Assembly: GCA_004431415.1 (NCBI GenBank) | Contig: QPMI01000430.1 | Coordinates: forward strand, 1-64,000 | Reading direction: 5' to 3' | DNA from: Cyanophora paradoxa CCMP329 | Lineage: Eukaryota; Plantae; Glaucophyta | Length of the DNA stretch: 64,000 bases | Shown: in pieces, positions 11,639 through 24,621 of the stretch | Layout of the letters: every line of letters begins with the position of its first letter | How positions within the stretch are numbered: the first letter of the stretch is position 1 | The notes under the pieces: generated by a model | Told to the model about the DNA's origin: nothing | Database searches by the model: none | The model's input: the letters and a program-made list of their open reading frames with translations, nothing else | Made by a program: the position numbers and the translations under genes

Positions 11639-14600
11639 TCATTCGGAGGGACCGGCGCCGTCCGGCGGCGGTGCGCCGGCCCGGGCCCTGGGCGCCGGCT
11701 GGGGGAGGGGGATCTTGCGAAGTAGATAGCCTGCGGAGCGGGACCGTGAGCGCCGGCGAGAGGTGATGCGGGGGGGCGGGGCGGGGCGGGGGCACCGTAG
11801 GGGAGGGAGGCGGCGGCGGGGGCGAGGGAGAGGGCCCAGAGGGTTGGGGGCAGGGGCACGGTGTCGAACCAGGGCCCGCCGAGCTGGACGATGGCGGCCT
11901 GGACGGCGGCCGAGGCGAGGAGGATGGCGACGAACAGCGGGTTCCGCCCCAGGCCCTCCAGCACCGACCCGTCCCCGTCCTCCAGCTTCCGGCAGTTCAC
12001 CTCGTTCGCCAGCTGCCGTCCCGCCCCGGCCCCTCAGCGGCGCCGGCGGGACGGGGCCGGGGTGCGGGCCTGGCAGAAGACGAAGGCGTTGAAGAGGACG
12101 GTGTTGACGACCTCGGGGCTCCCCGCCTCCGGGCCCGCCACCGCCGGCAGCAGCGCCCCGCCCAAATACAGCAGCGGGAACAGGAAGGCCAGCTGCGCGC
12201 GGGCGGAGGCACAGGTCAGGGACGAAGGTGGCGGGGGGCGCGGGGCGGGACGGGCCTGGAAGGCGGCGTGGCCGACGATGGCGCGGGCCATGGCCGGCGA
12301 GATGAGGCGCTCCCCGGGGGCCTGCGGGGCCCGCGCCAGCAGCGCCGCCGTCGGCCGCTCCGTCCCTGCCCCGGCCCTCAGCCGAGGAAGGCGCGCGGGG
12401 CGTGAGGCGCGGGGCGGGCAGGAGGCCCGGGCACCGAGGGCGAGGGCGCCGAGGGAGTCCATAATCATGTTCACCCAGAGTAGCTGCGGGCCGGGCAGGC
12501 GCGCCCAAGCTCAGATGCGTCGAATGGCGCCGGCCGGGGGGCAGTGCGGGCGGGGCGGGGCGGTGCGGGCCTGGGTTGGCTTGAGGGGCGTCCCCATGTC
12601 GGTGACGGCGGCGACGAGGGCGACGGAGAGGGCGACGACGTTGACGGTGAGCTGGAACTGCACGAACTTGCGGATGTTGTCGTACACGCAGCGCCCCCAC
12701 AGCACCGCGTTCACGATCGACGTGAAGTTGTCGTCCATCAGCACGATGTCCTGTCCACGATGTCAGAGGGGGGGGGGGGCGGGGGCGCGGGGCGAGGGGC
12801 CGGGGCGGACGGAGGCTTCCTTGGCGACCTCGGTGCCGGAGAGGCCCATGCTGAGCCCGACGTCGGCCTCGCGCAGCGCCGGCGCGTCGTTCGTCCCGTC
12901 CCCCGTCACCGCCACCACCTCGCCCCGGCCCCGCAGCCGCCGCACCAGCGCCAGCTTGTCCGTCGGCGACGCCCGCGCCAGCACCTGCGGGCGGGGCGGG
13001 ACGGGCTCGGAGGCGAGAGGGGCGGGGCATCGGGCGGGCGGGCGGGCCTGGAGGCGGGGGAGGACAGCGGTGTCGAAGTCGGGGCGGGCGAGGGCGGCCT
13101 GCAGCTCCTCCCCCGTGAGCGCCAGCCCGCCCTCCGTCATGATCCCGCACTCCCGCGCGATGTGCACCGCCGTCAGCGCGTCTGGCCCCCCGCCGTCGGC
13201 CCGCGGGGTCGCCCGTGAGGGAGGGGAGGGCCGGGGCGGCGCACTGTCGCCGGTGCACATGCGGACGGTGATGCCGGCGCGCTTGCAGGCCTCCACCGCC
13301 GCCGGCACCTGCGGGGCCCTCAGAGGCGAGCGAGGCCGAGGCGGGAGCGCTGCGCGGGGCGCCGCGCCTCCTTGCGGACAGGGTCCTTGATGCCGACGAA
13401 GGCGAGGAAGGTGAGGGGCCCGCCCGGCGCCCCGGGGCCCTCCCACGCCGCCCCGCCATCCTCTTCCGCCTCCGCGTACGCGAGGCAGAGCGTCCGCAGG
13501 CCTGCGGCTGTCAGAGGCGGGCGGCGGGCGAGGGCGGCGGGGCGGGCGGGGGGCGGGGCACCGGAGGCGGCCATGCGCTCGACCTCCGCGAGGAGCGCCT
13601 CCCGCTCCGCCGGCCCCAGCGGCCCCTCCCGCCCGTCCGGCCCCGCCGCCCGCTCGCACCGCGCCAGCAGCCGCTCCGGCGCCCCCTTCACGTGCAGCCG
13701 GAACCCGCCATCCTCCTGCGCGCGTCGAGGGAACGTCGAGCGGAGCGGGGCGGCGGCGCGGGCGGCGTGGCGCTGACCGTGCGGACGATGGTGGTCATGG
13801 ACTTGACCGCGGAGGAGAAGGGGAAGACGGCGCGGAGGGCGGCCCCGCGGCGGGCGGCGGCGAGCTCGGCCGGCCCGAGCCCCGCCTCGCGCTCGAGCCA
13901 CGCGAGAAGGACGCACTCCGTGCGGCTCCCGACGCGCTCGAGGGCCCCCGAGGGGAGCGCCGCCACGCTCGCCGTCGAGTTGAGCGCCACGCCCTCCCGC
14001 AGCAGCGCCGCCGTCCGCCCGGGGAGGGAGGCGAGGGGCGGGCTGGGCCCCGCCGCCCCCGCCGCGCGCCACTCGACGACGCTCATGCGGTTCTCCGTCA
14101 GCGTGCCCGTCTTGTCGCTCAGGATGTCTGCCCGCGCCGCCCCGTCAGCCGGGCCGCAGAGACGCGCCCCGCCCAGCAGAGACGCGCGCACTGGTGGCGC
14201 CGCCCATCGTCTCCGCCGCGTCCAGGTGCCTCACGAGGTTCTGCGGGGCGGCCGTCCGCGTCGGACGCGGCGCGAGAGGCGCGGGGGCTGGAGGGCGGGG
14301 CGGGCGGGCACCTGGTCGGCGAGCATGGCGCGGACGGAGTACGCCAGCGAGACGGTCACCGCCACTGCGGCGCGGCTCGGTCGAGAGACAGCCGGGCCGG
14401 GCCGGGGCGGGGGCCGGGGGCCGGGGCGGGGCGGGGGCGCACGGGGCAGGCCCTCTGGGACGGCCATGACGAGGATGGTGACGCCCGTGATGAAGAAGGA
14501 GAGCAGCGTCGACGCGTCCGTCGCGTCCAGCGCCTCCCGCCCCGCCTGCGAGGGAGGGGGTGGGGGGAGGAGGGGGGGGTAGAGGCGCGAGAGCCCGCAC

Positions 14601-16517
14601 CCCGACGTCGAGGCCCCAGCGGACGCAGAGGGCGGCGACGGTGAGCACCGCCGCCGCGAGGCCCACCCGCCCGATCGCTGTGCGAGGGAGAGGCTCGGGC
14701 GGGGCCGGGGGACGGGGCGGAGCGCGAGGAGGAGGGGTCACCCTCGGCGGTGACCTCGAGCTTCTTCTGCAGCGGCGTCTTCCGCTCGTCGTCCCGCTCT
14801 GCCCGCCGCGGCCGGCCCGCCGATCAGACGGGGCCCGAGGGGGCGGGCCGCGGGCGCACCGCGGAGGCGGCCCATGGCGGAGCCCATGCGCGTGGCCTCG
14901 CCGACGGCCGTCACGAGCATGCGGCCCACGCCCGTGCACACCTGCGCGCCCCGGCGCGGCGTGGGCCTGCGGCCTTGCTCTCAGCGGCCTGCCGGGCGGA
15001 CCTGGGTGCCGGCGAGGAGGAGGGGGCTGGCGGGGCCCTTCTTGACGGCGTCGCTCTCGCCCGTGAGCCCGCTCTCGTCCGCCTCCAGCCCGAAGCCCGC
15101 CACCAGCACCCCGTCCGCAGGCACCTGCCCCCAGAGTCAGGGGGAGAGGGGGGGAGTGGGGGGGGGGTACGGGGGCGGGCCTGGTCGCCGGCCTCGAGGA
15201 GGACGAGGTCGCCCACCACCAGCTCCGACGCCTGCACCTGTACCCCGGCGTCGGGGGAGGGGGCGGGGCGGCAAGGCGGGGCGGGGGGTACGGCGTGCCT
15301 CGCGGGGGGCGCCGCCGCGGACGACGCGGGCGCGGCGGTCGTTCTTCACGCGGTTCAGCGCCCGGAACTGCGCCTCCTTCCTGCGGCCGGCGGGGCTCAG
15401 AGGGGCCGCGGGGGGCTGCCGGAGCCGGAGCCGGGCGGGGTGCGGGCGCGCGTGTAGTTGTTGGCGGCGGTGACCGCCGAGACGAGGGCCACGGCGCCCA
15501 GGATGGAGACCCCGTCCACCCAGGGGGGTACCCCCTCGTGCGGCACCACGACCATCGCCGCCCCCGGCGCCTCCCGCGGGCCCCTCGCGGCCTCCGCCTG
15601 CACCTCCTCCACCCCCGGCGGCGCGCCCGGCGCCGGCGGCGGGGCCTGCGTGCGTTCGGCGGCCGGCGGCGGCGGGGCGGGGCGGGGCGGAGGGGAAAGG
15701 CTTGGAGGCGGCGCACGGGGCCCTGTGTGGCGAGGGAGACGGCGATGGAGACGCCGGCGGCGGCGACGAGGATGCGCAGCGTGCCGTCCTGCAGCGCCTC
15801 CCACAGCAGCGACCCGAACGACCGGCCCGCCGCCTCCGCCACCGCGTTCGCCCCGCCCCTGCCCCCGCGTCGGCCACCCGACGGCCCCGCGGCGGAGAGC
15901 GCGTTCAAAGCGCTTCTGCGCACCGCGCGCGGCGCTCGGCGATGGCGGCGGGTCGTCGGGGAGGCCGTCCAACGCGTCGCTCCCGAGCCGCCGCGCCAGC
16001 TCCTCCGGCGGCTCCGGTGCAGCCTGCGGGGCGCCCGCCGGCGCCGACGAGGCCGGCCGCGGACCCGCCGGCCGCTCGGGCGCCGCATCCGCGACGGCCT
16101 GCGCATACGATTCGAACGCGGCCGGTTCGGAGGGCGCGTCGGCGATCGGGCCGCGGGGGCGCGCGGGGCCGTGCAGCAGCACTCACGTGCTCCGAGGACA
16201 CCACAAAGCGCCTCGGGTGCCTCCGTCTGCTGTCCTCGCTCGCGTGCACGCGTTGCGCGCCGAGGCCGAGGGAGGAACCGAGCTGGAACTGCCGCCTGGG
16301 CAGGACGCGGGCGTACGTGCGCTTTGCTCTTGCCCTGGAGCACTGCGAACGGGGCCGCGGAGGTCAGGGACGTGCCTCCCAGCGGAGATGACGCGCGTGC
16401 CGGCTGAGGGGAGACGGGTTGCTGGAGGCGCACCGAGCTTGCGCTGCTGCAATGCGCTCCCCCTGATCGATCTGCGGCGGCCCAAGGGGCCGCCGGCGCT
16501 AGCGGAGCGAGGAACAT
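11639..16517 (-). CDS. Host P-type IIB (PMCA-like) Ca2+-transporting ATPase, about 22 short introns
   Basis: [66 protein letters not shown] and [12 protein letters not shown] motifs; stop at 11639. Start codon uncertain. Confidence 0.93.
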
Positions 16518-18440
16518 CGGAATGACGAGTACCCCCGTCAAAGCACGACCCCCCATCTCGAACTGGTTGTGCGTGAATGTTGATGGCGCAAAGCGGTGCT
16601 TCCGCGCGTGTATCGCGTTCTTGCGGTAGCGCCCGCTTTCGCTGCTCCGCTCAGCGCAGACGCCCAGACCCGCCCCAGCTCATCAGGCGCTGCGCATGCC
16701 GCTGCAGCGGTCCCTGCGGGCCCGCTGTGCGCACCGGCAGCAGCGATGCGGGGATCGACGCCACCTGGCCTGCCGGGCCCGCGCTCCGACAACGTGCGCG
16801 TCGACGCGTACGCGTACGAGTTCGAGGAGCTGGAATTCGAACCGGACCGGAATTTGACATGTACAGCGCTTACGACGTGCTCCACCGCTCTCGCGACGGC
16901 GTGCCCGAGCGCTATGAGGCGACGGAGCTCAAGTCTAGATCTCCTGCAGCTGCGTGGAACAGATGGCACGCGGACCGGGCGCGCGGCGCCGGCGCCGGCC
17001 CCCGCATGCATATGCCCGCTCAGGTGCGCTTGTTTGCTCGTTTGCGCATCGTCTTCACAGCCGTCAAGCGAGCTCCGCGTCGCGCTGCCTGACCTCTGGC
17101 GTGGCCAGCGCTAGCAGCAGCGGCAGCTGCAGCCGCAGACGATTCGAGTGACGGTCTCGCCGCCGATGGCCGCCCCGCCACCGCTCGGCTCCGCGGTCAT
17201 GGTGCGCACGCGCGCTTCGACAGCTTCGACGGCTCGCTCCTCTTCTCCGCTCGGCGCCGCGGCCTCGTCGCTGCTGCCGCCGCCCGAGAACCAGAGGCGG
17301 GGCGCTGACCGCTCGGGCCGGGGCGGCAGGTGCGGGTCGTGCGGGTCGCGGAGCGCGCGGCGGCCGCGCGGAGCGGCCTGCGCCCGTCGTACGCCAACGT
17401 ACCCGCCTTCCCCTCGGAGGCCCTCCCCGCGTTCCTCGCCCGGTCCGCCCCGCGCCCCGCCGCCCCCGCCCTCCCACCCTGCGCGACCGAGCGGGCAGGG
17501 TGGCCGAGCGGTTCGGGTGCGGCCGGCGCCCCCGACGCTGGGGAGGCTCTTCGTGGAGGCCGCCGGGGCGCGGCGGAGATCGCCGAGACCGCCGCCCTCC
17601 TCGCTGTGCGCGCCGCCGCTACCTCGCCCCCGGCCCGAGCCCCGCGTGACCGCCGGGGCCTTCGCGCAGGTCGGCTCCGACCTGGTCATCTACGCGGCCC
17701 CGGGGACCTGCTGCCCGGCCCGGCCCCGCCGGCCAGCCCCGCCGCGCCCGCCTCCGCCCCTCGGGCCCGCCCCGCGGCCGCGCCCCAGCGGGCCGGGCTC
17801 CGGCTCCGGCAGCTCGGGCTCGTCGGCCCTGAGCGGGTCGGCGTCGGCGGCCTCGGGCCCGGGCGCCCCTCCGGCGCCTCCGCATCGAGCCTCGAGGGGA
17901 CACCCGTGCGCCCGTCTCTGACGGCCGCCCCGCCGCCGCCCCCGCGCCCCGCCGACGCCCGGCCCGCAGACCGCAGCCGGGAGATTTCGGGCCGTCTGCC
18001 GCCGGGGCCGGCGCCGCTGCTGAGCCCCGCCGTGCTCCCCGCGCCCACCGCGCGCCGCGTCCGCCTCTCGCCACTGGCCGCCTCCGCGCCCGGCGCGCTG
18101 CCGCCCTCCTCCGCGTGCCTGACGTACGCGCCGCCCTCGACGCACGTGCTCCCGCCGCCCCTGCTGCTGCCCGCCGCGCCCGAGGCCGCCGCCGGCGGCG
18201 CGCTCGCGCTCGCCTCGCCGGCGCCGTCGGCGCTCTCGGGGCGTCGTACCCGCCGACGCCGGGGAGCGCGCTGAGCCGGCGGACGGTGCACGAGGAGGCC
18301 GCCTTCCTCCACCGCCTCTACGGCGGCCGGCCCCGCGCGACGTCCGCCCGCCCGCCCCTCTTCTCGCGCGCCTCTGTCTGACGCCCGCCGGCCCCCCGCG
18401 CAGCTACGGAGCGCCGGCCGCGGGTCGCCGCCGGGGAGCC
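14870..18440 (+). repeat. Segmental duplication, copy 1
   Basis: Colinear and highly similar to ~25395-29035. Confidence 0.9.
16577..18440 (+). pseudogene. Host intron-containing gene, 5' portion only (paralogue of 27205-29640)
   Basis: GC-rich exon/intron structure closely similar to 27205-29035; homology stops at ~18440. Confidence 0.45.
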
Positions 18441-18779
18441 TCCAGGCTAGGGCGGCCATATGTACAGCTTGTACAGCCGACGTCGACGCCGCCGGGTTCG
18501 CTCCCTCGCGCCGCGAGGGAGCCTAGGGCCGCGAGGGAAATTTAAAGCCGACGAAAGCGACGGAAAAAAGATTCAGATTCATGATCAGTTTCGCCTTTAT
18601 ATTATATTAATTTATATATTTCGAGCGTGCTTCGATTCTCGCATTTGCAACCTGCAGCTGTGCCTCCAGCAAGCAGTCTGCCACCTACTACGGTTCTTTA
18701 TTGTTCATGATACAAGGAATAGTACAATGGGCGAAAGGCGAAATCAAAGCGAAAATTGCTGCAAAATTAATGCTTAAGA

Positions 18780-20998
18780 GCTTTCAGGCTTGGTCACATG
18801 AAAGCTATGAATACGCTGCAGCATGAGATATCGACACATGTACACTCGCACGTAGCGAGCATTTATCATAGCTATATAGTTTCTGAGTTTAGTTTCCAAA
18901 GCACTGTCCGAACGTCCAACGACGTCAACGGGCCCTAGGCCTAGACCTGCATCGATCACGCGCAATGAACGCGCGGGCTGGCGTTGCCGACCGCAAACCC
19001 GAATTTGAAGCTGTACGTGGCAGCAAGGGCGATGGCGGCGCCCAGCAGGATGCCTGGCAGCTGCAGTGCCGAGAAGGAAGCAGGAGCGACGGAAAACACA
19101 GGGCTGCGATTCCCAAATGCGCAGATCAGCCGGCGCCCGCGCGACATGTTCAGGTACGACCGCGAGAATTTCGAAGCGCACATCGAGGAGACACTCGAGC
19201 TTGCGGGCACCCATGCGAAAGCCTGCACGTCGCCATGATCAGCAAAGGTCACGAAGATGATCAGCGAATTCAAGGTAGCGGTGCACATTCGCGAGCGTGA
19301 AATCCTGGAACCGCTTGTCAGCGCTTTGGATAACGATGGAATAGCCTTGGTTGACGTTGTAGGCCTGCTCGAGCAAAATGGGTCAAAGCTCTGACGCTGC
19401 AAGCGCAGTGTAAAAATGCGTGGGTTTCTGACCCCGAGGAGGTTGCGGGAGGAGTGGCGCAGGGCGTTGCAGGTCGCAAAAGACGGGGCGGCTGCGCATG
19501 TGCAAGACAGAATCAGGAAGGGTTCACGATAGCGAGGCTTACGCAAGCGATGCTTCGCCAATATATATACGCGGAGCATCGGAGCGCGCGCACTGAACGT
19601 GATCTGGGTATCGCTTGGGATCTGAGGGTTGGTGGCCGGGCAGGACTTCCCCGTCCCGGGTGCAACGATGAGAATCGTAATTGGGGCGCCAACAGGGAAG
19701 CCTGAGCCCAAGATGGTCACCGTAGATCCCGCCTGTCGCATCGAATTTTGCTTTGGGTTACTTCATGATTCTAGGTTGGCGATGCAAACGCCGCGGTCGC
19801 CGCGGATTCGAAGCAAACGCGCGCGCCTGGGCGGATCTGACGGCGGGCTCCGGCAAAGTCGCGGTGTTGTTCGCGTCGAAAACAAGTGAAACTGGTTTGC
19901 CGCTCGAAACACTCTGGCCCCCGACATTCTGAATCACAATCTGCGTGATTTTCTACGAAATTAAAGGGAACTTCGTCAGCGCGCGTACGATGGCATGGAT
20001 ATTCTAACAAAATATTAATCCCCATTGCCAAGTTGAATTTGAAGCAGGCACCGGGCCAATCGCAATGAGTGCGGGCGCTGTAGTTGGCGTAGGAGTAACG
20101 CCGGAATTCGAAGTGGGCGGTGGTGTGGTGGGCGAGCCCGAGGGCGAGGGCGAAGGAGTCGGGATGGCGGCAGTGGCCATGGTACTGCAAGCACACAATT
20201 GCAAGTGAGCTCGAGGCGCGCATGAACGTCAGCGTTCGATAAATATGTATACGGTCTTACGTCGGGCTTGGAGATGGCGTTTGAATGGCGGATGGTGAGG
20301 GACTGGCCGACGGCGAGGGGCTGGCGGACGGGAGGGAGAAGGACTGCGAAATGATGCAAGGCTTTGTCAGCCGCGGATCACGAGGCTTCGTCAGCCGCTG
20401 ATCACGAGCGGTGATTGATCAGACCTCGGCGTGGCGCTCGCGCTCGGTGACGGGCTTGGCGATGGTGATGGCGATGGCGTCGCCGGTGCGGTGCAGACGC
20501 CGCTCACGTTCGTGGAAGGCGCTTGACAAACGCAGAGGGGACTGTCGCGAGAAGCTGGCGTCCGACAACCGTTCGAGCGAGAAGACTGCGACGGCGGCTG
20601 CCAGTGGTGCCAAGGATTGTCTGGCCCGATGTGCAATTGTACCTGCGTTTTATATATATATGGCGCGCTGTCAGCTGCAGCCTTACGCACCAAACGCAGT
20701 AGTCTTTGTCTTCGTAAGACACGGTCGTGTGATTCGTGTAGAACTGTATGCCAGCAGGACCGGGGTTACCAAGGCCGTCGCAGTTAGCACCAGTTCCGTC
20801 ACCAGTGCAGGCTGGGTTGATTTCGGGACTGTTGCATTTGCATCCGTCGATCCAGCCCCCATTAGGGCATTCCGCGGAATAGGAAATGGGGTTGCCGGAT
20901 ACGAGTGCCACCACAGATGCGAGGAGCAGGAGCTGCAGAACACACGGCACCACCGCCCATCGCGAGCGCCCGTAGATCGCCGGCGAATGCATCTGCAT
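18780..20998 (-). CDS. Host secreted Cys- and Pro/Ser-rich protein with an IPT/TIG-like segment (multi-exon; ends approximate)
   Basis: Signal-like LQLLLLASVVALVSG, Cys-rich N-part, PSPSPSP linkers, AGSTVTILGSGFP. Confidence 0.5.
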
Positions 20999-21989
20999 GT
21001 CGCCCGAAACCATGAAGAACTGCAGACAGCGGCCGACTTATGAAGAAGAACTAGAAATGAAGCAGTGATGAAGCGCTAGCGTGAACTACTAGGCTCAGGC
21101 CGCTCAGCGGCTACCGTCTACGTAGTACTAGTAACACGAAACCTCCGGCGGAACTTCAGTGACGCGTACGCCGGTCACCGTGCGGCGTGCACGTCACAGC
21201 ACGTGGCACGGCGGTGCGCAACTTGCGCATGCGGCATGCGCCGGCAAATGCCATGATATCGATACCGTGTATACGTATACGTACTACGGTAACACTTCAC
21301 TGATCGTGAGTCGTGACTGATGATACCGCCCATACCGTGTAAAACGGTGTAATACTAGTACTTATTTTTTTTGTACTTAATCACTGCGCTGACATAACGT
21401 TAACTACTGCGCTACCATATGCATATTACTGCGCTCAAAATTTTTAGAACGCAGTAATTTGGTAGCGCAGACTGCGCAGTAAAGCGCTAACCGGCGCAGA
21501 TATTTTAGAGCGCAGTAATTTGTGGCGCAGTAAATAAGTGAACGCAGTAAATTATAGTAATTTGCCGCGATTCTACACCCGGAAATCGCCAGAAAAAGGG
21601 CCGAAGTTCTGCCAGAGACCCCCCCGGGGCCCGGGCCCCATCCGATGATCCAGCCGCTGTTCAACGGTTTTACGTCCGACGGTCAAGTTTAATTTTACAA
21701 GGGTAGTACTTTACTTACAAGTAAAACTTGACGTTTTACGTCAAGTTTTACAGGTGTCAACTCTGGCAAACTTGACAACGGCATCCCTAGCTATAGCCTA
21801 TAGCGCCGGCCGGCGCCCGGCGGCCAATTTAAAAAAATTTGCAAGTTTTGGCTTAAGTTTATTATTAATTCCATCGATATCACTGCCGGCCAGACGTCGA
21901 CTGGGCCACTCAGTGACTGCCACTGACTGGGCCCGTGCCCGCCGAGTTGAGTCACCGGCGACTCACCGCCGGAGGTTTCTATATATATA

Positions 21990-22141
21990 CCGTAAAACAC
22001 AATATTAATGCGCTCAATATTAATGCGTTTTTGGACCCGGAACCCAAACTTGAAATTAATGCGTTTCCACGGCAAAAAAACGCATTAAATTAAATTGGGG
22101 ACGCATTAATATAATGCGCGCATTATTATTCTGTTTTACGG
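21990..22141. mobile_element. MITE, TA-flanked (Tc1/mariner-like)
   Basis: TA|CCGTAAAACAcAAT..ATTcTGTTTTACGG|TA with internal TAATGCG repeats. Confidence 0.75.
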
Positions 22142-22228
22142 TAGCTACGTATACGTGACCCTACGTCTAGACGTCACCGTCGATATATTTACGGCGCCGG
22201 CCAAGTTGGGGGAACTTGGGGCCAACTA

Positions 22229-22457
22229 CTGTCAATCCACAAAGTTAGGCGACGACAAAGTTAGGCGCGGAAATCGCCGCGGATAGACGAGTTCACCCAT
22301 TCGTCTAACTTAATCCCCGTCTAACTGTGCCTAAAGGGGGTATGCCATAGTAACGCTTGTATGGAGCGACCAGCAGCTCGTCTATCTTTGTGAACGTCTA
22401 TCACGACGGGTGGGCAAACGTCTAAGAAAAGCGACGCCTAACTTAATGACATGACAG
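22229..22457. mobile_element. MITE, TA-flanked
   Basis: TA|CTGTCA..AAGTTAGGCG ... CGCCTAACTT..TGACAG|TA. Confidence 0.7.
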
Positions 22458-22821
22458 TAGTACTTACGGGACCGTCACTGGTCCGTCATGATCAGTGGTC
22501 CGTCACGGCGTCACAGACTCACACTGTGACAGCTTAAATTGCCGCGTAGTTAAATTGCCGAATTCGACCCAAACCGGAATTGCCGTGGCGATAAATTGCC
22601 GAAACTCTGGATTTCTTCTAGATCTATGGCGCCATACAAAAGCGGCCGTTTAGCCCTACCCCCTGAGAATTGCCGTGGCTTAAAATTGCCGAATTCGGCC
22701 TCTCGGCAATTTACGGCAATTTAAAACATCATGCTTCGTTCGCCGTCTCGATTGCGAGCCCCGGGCTTGCTGACTTGGCTGACAAGCCGGGGAAAACCGG
22801 CAAAACCCCTGGGCTGGCAAG

Positions 22822-23282
22822 TAGGGCACTGGCCAGCCAGGTCTCCCTCTGGCCAGCGGGCCAGCCCAAGCCGACGAAGCCTTGCCAGCGGCCCGGGGCT
22901 GGCCGCCAGCTTCCAGCGGAAACTTGGCCGGCCAGCTGGCAACCAGCCTCCAGCTAGGAGCCGAAGACTCGGCTAGGCCAGCTGGCCAGCCGACCAGCCG
23001 CAGAGCCCACGTTCTTAAATGAAATCGGTGTCTTGGAAACGCTTTCGTAACTGTTTTAATGTGCACGGTTAAGAATATTAGCTGTTGATCTTATCAAGCC
23101 ACCCCCTCAAGCCCCTCTCCTAGCCTGGAGCCGACCCCCTAGCCAGTGTCGCCGACCGGCTGGTCGCCCGATAAAGTCGAAAAAGGCTGGCCCGGCTGGT
23201 CAACAAATCGGGCGGCTGGGCCAGCCTAAAAGTCCAAAACCAGCCAGCCAGCTGTTCGGCCGGGCCGCTGGCCAGTGCCCTA
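22822..23282. mobile_element. hAT-type MITE nested in a same-family element
   Basis: TIR TAGGGCACTGGCC/GGCCAGTGCCCTA; 8-bp TSD CTGGCAAG (22814-22821, 23283-23290); a second right end at ~23373. Confidence 0.82.
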
Positions 23283-23593
23283 CTGGCAAGCCAGGGTTTC
23301 GGCTGCCTAGCCCAGGCGCCCCCGCCCAAATTGGCCGGCTAGCTAGCCGGCTTGGCCGCCGGCCAGTGCCCTACCCAAATTAAAACTGACCGAAAACAAC
23401 AAAACAAAAACACCGTAGGCTCTGCGGCCGCAGCCAATCGTGATTTTCCTTCGAAATAATGGTTCGTCCTCCTTCCAGAGGGGGTACATGTAACTTAGTA
23501 AGCGATAGCTAATTATAACTTAATATTATAAGAAGCTTAATTGCATCATGTTACATTAATTAGATGCATGATCGATCATGTCGCGATCGCATA

Positions 23594-23843
23594 CTGGAGA
23601 ACTAGAAATGTTTAGTGGGCTGCATATTTATAGTACTAAAAGTTTTTGGGCGATCTACTAAATATTTCCCGCCAGCTAAAGCCGAGAATTTGCAGGGGTA
23701 GTCCCGTCTGCGCCATACAAAAGCCCTGTCAAGACTGAGTGACTGAGTCTCTGACTGACCTACTAAAGTTTTACCACCTGCTAAAGTGGCAGTTTTGGCG
23801 GAGTACTAATTATTTTCCTGCACTAAATTAACTAGTTCTCCAG
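23594..23843. mobile_element. MITE, TA-flanked
   Basis: TA|CTGGAGAACTAG..TTTAGTG ... CACTAAA..CTAGTTCTCCAG|TA. Confidence 0.78.
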
Positions 23844-24000
23844 TATGCATGCGCTGCTGATGATGCGCAAATATATATGCATATGCGCATGCAATGCCAT
23901 GCATGCGGCATGCCGAGTCATTCAAATGATTGCCGACACTGCGCATGCAGCGCTGACACAGTGACACTGTGTGACACGCGCCGCGCCGCGTCACCGGTAC

Positions 24001-24621
24001 TAGGCCTGCGGCTTGCAGGCAAGCCCTTGAGCCAAGCCCTTGAGCCGGGCTGGGGGGTCAAGCCCTTGCCCGGCTTTTGGCCGGCTCAAGCCGGCTCAAG
24101 CCCTGGAGGGGGAGGGGGGAGGGCGTCGGAGGGGGGTGCCGGACGCAGCTGCGCGCCTGCAGCGCATTCGAATCGAAGCTGATAAGAAGCTTAAGCTATA
24201 AGCCTGCGACGGCAACGTGCATTAACAGACGCGCGCGCGCACACGTACGTATAAGTACGTATACCGGTACCGGTACCCCTCGCGTGCGCGGCCGCGGCCC
24301 GTCCGCGCGCCGCGGCGCGGCACGGCCGCGGCCGGCCGCGCTTTCTCGTTATAATTACAATTGCGCAAAAGATGATAAGAGTATATGTACATGCGTTTCT
24401 TTGTGAATTCGAAGCTAAATATAAGCATTTCGCTGCGGTGCGAATGGCTTTCGAAACGGTACCCCCCCTCAGGCTTGCCGCAAGCCCGGCCAAGGGCTTG
24501 ACCCCGCCGGGAGCCCAAGCCCTTGGGCCGGCCGGTCGACCGGCTTGGCTTGGCTTGACCGCGAGATCCCGGGGCTTGGCTTGGCTTAAGCCGACTTTTT
24601 GGCCGGCAAGCCGCACCCCTA
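24001..24621. mobile_element. hAT-type MITE
   Basis: TAGGcCTGCGGCTTGC..GCAAGCCGCAcCCCTA; 8-bp TSD ACCGGTAC (23993-24000, 24622-24629); CAAGCC subterminal repeats. Confidence 0.82.

Noticed and set aside
18448-18460. hAT left end (TAGGGCGGCC) at the duplication breakpoint
   Set aside because: No matching right end or TSD found.
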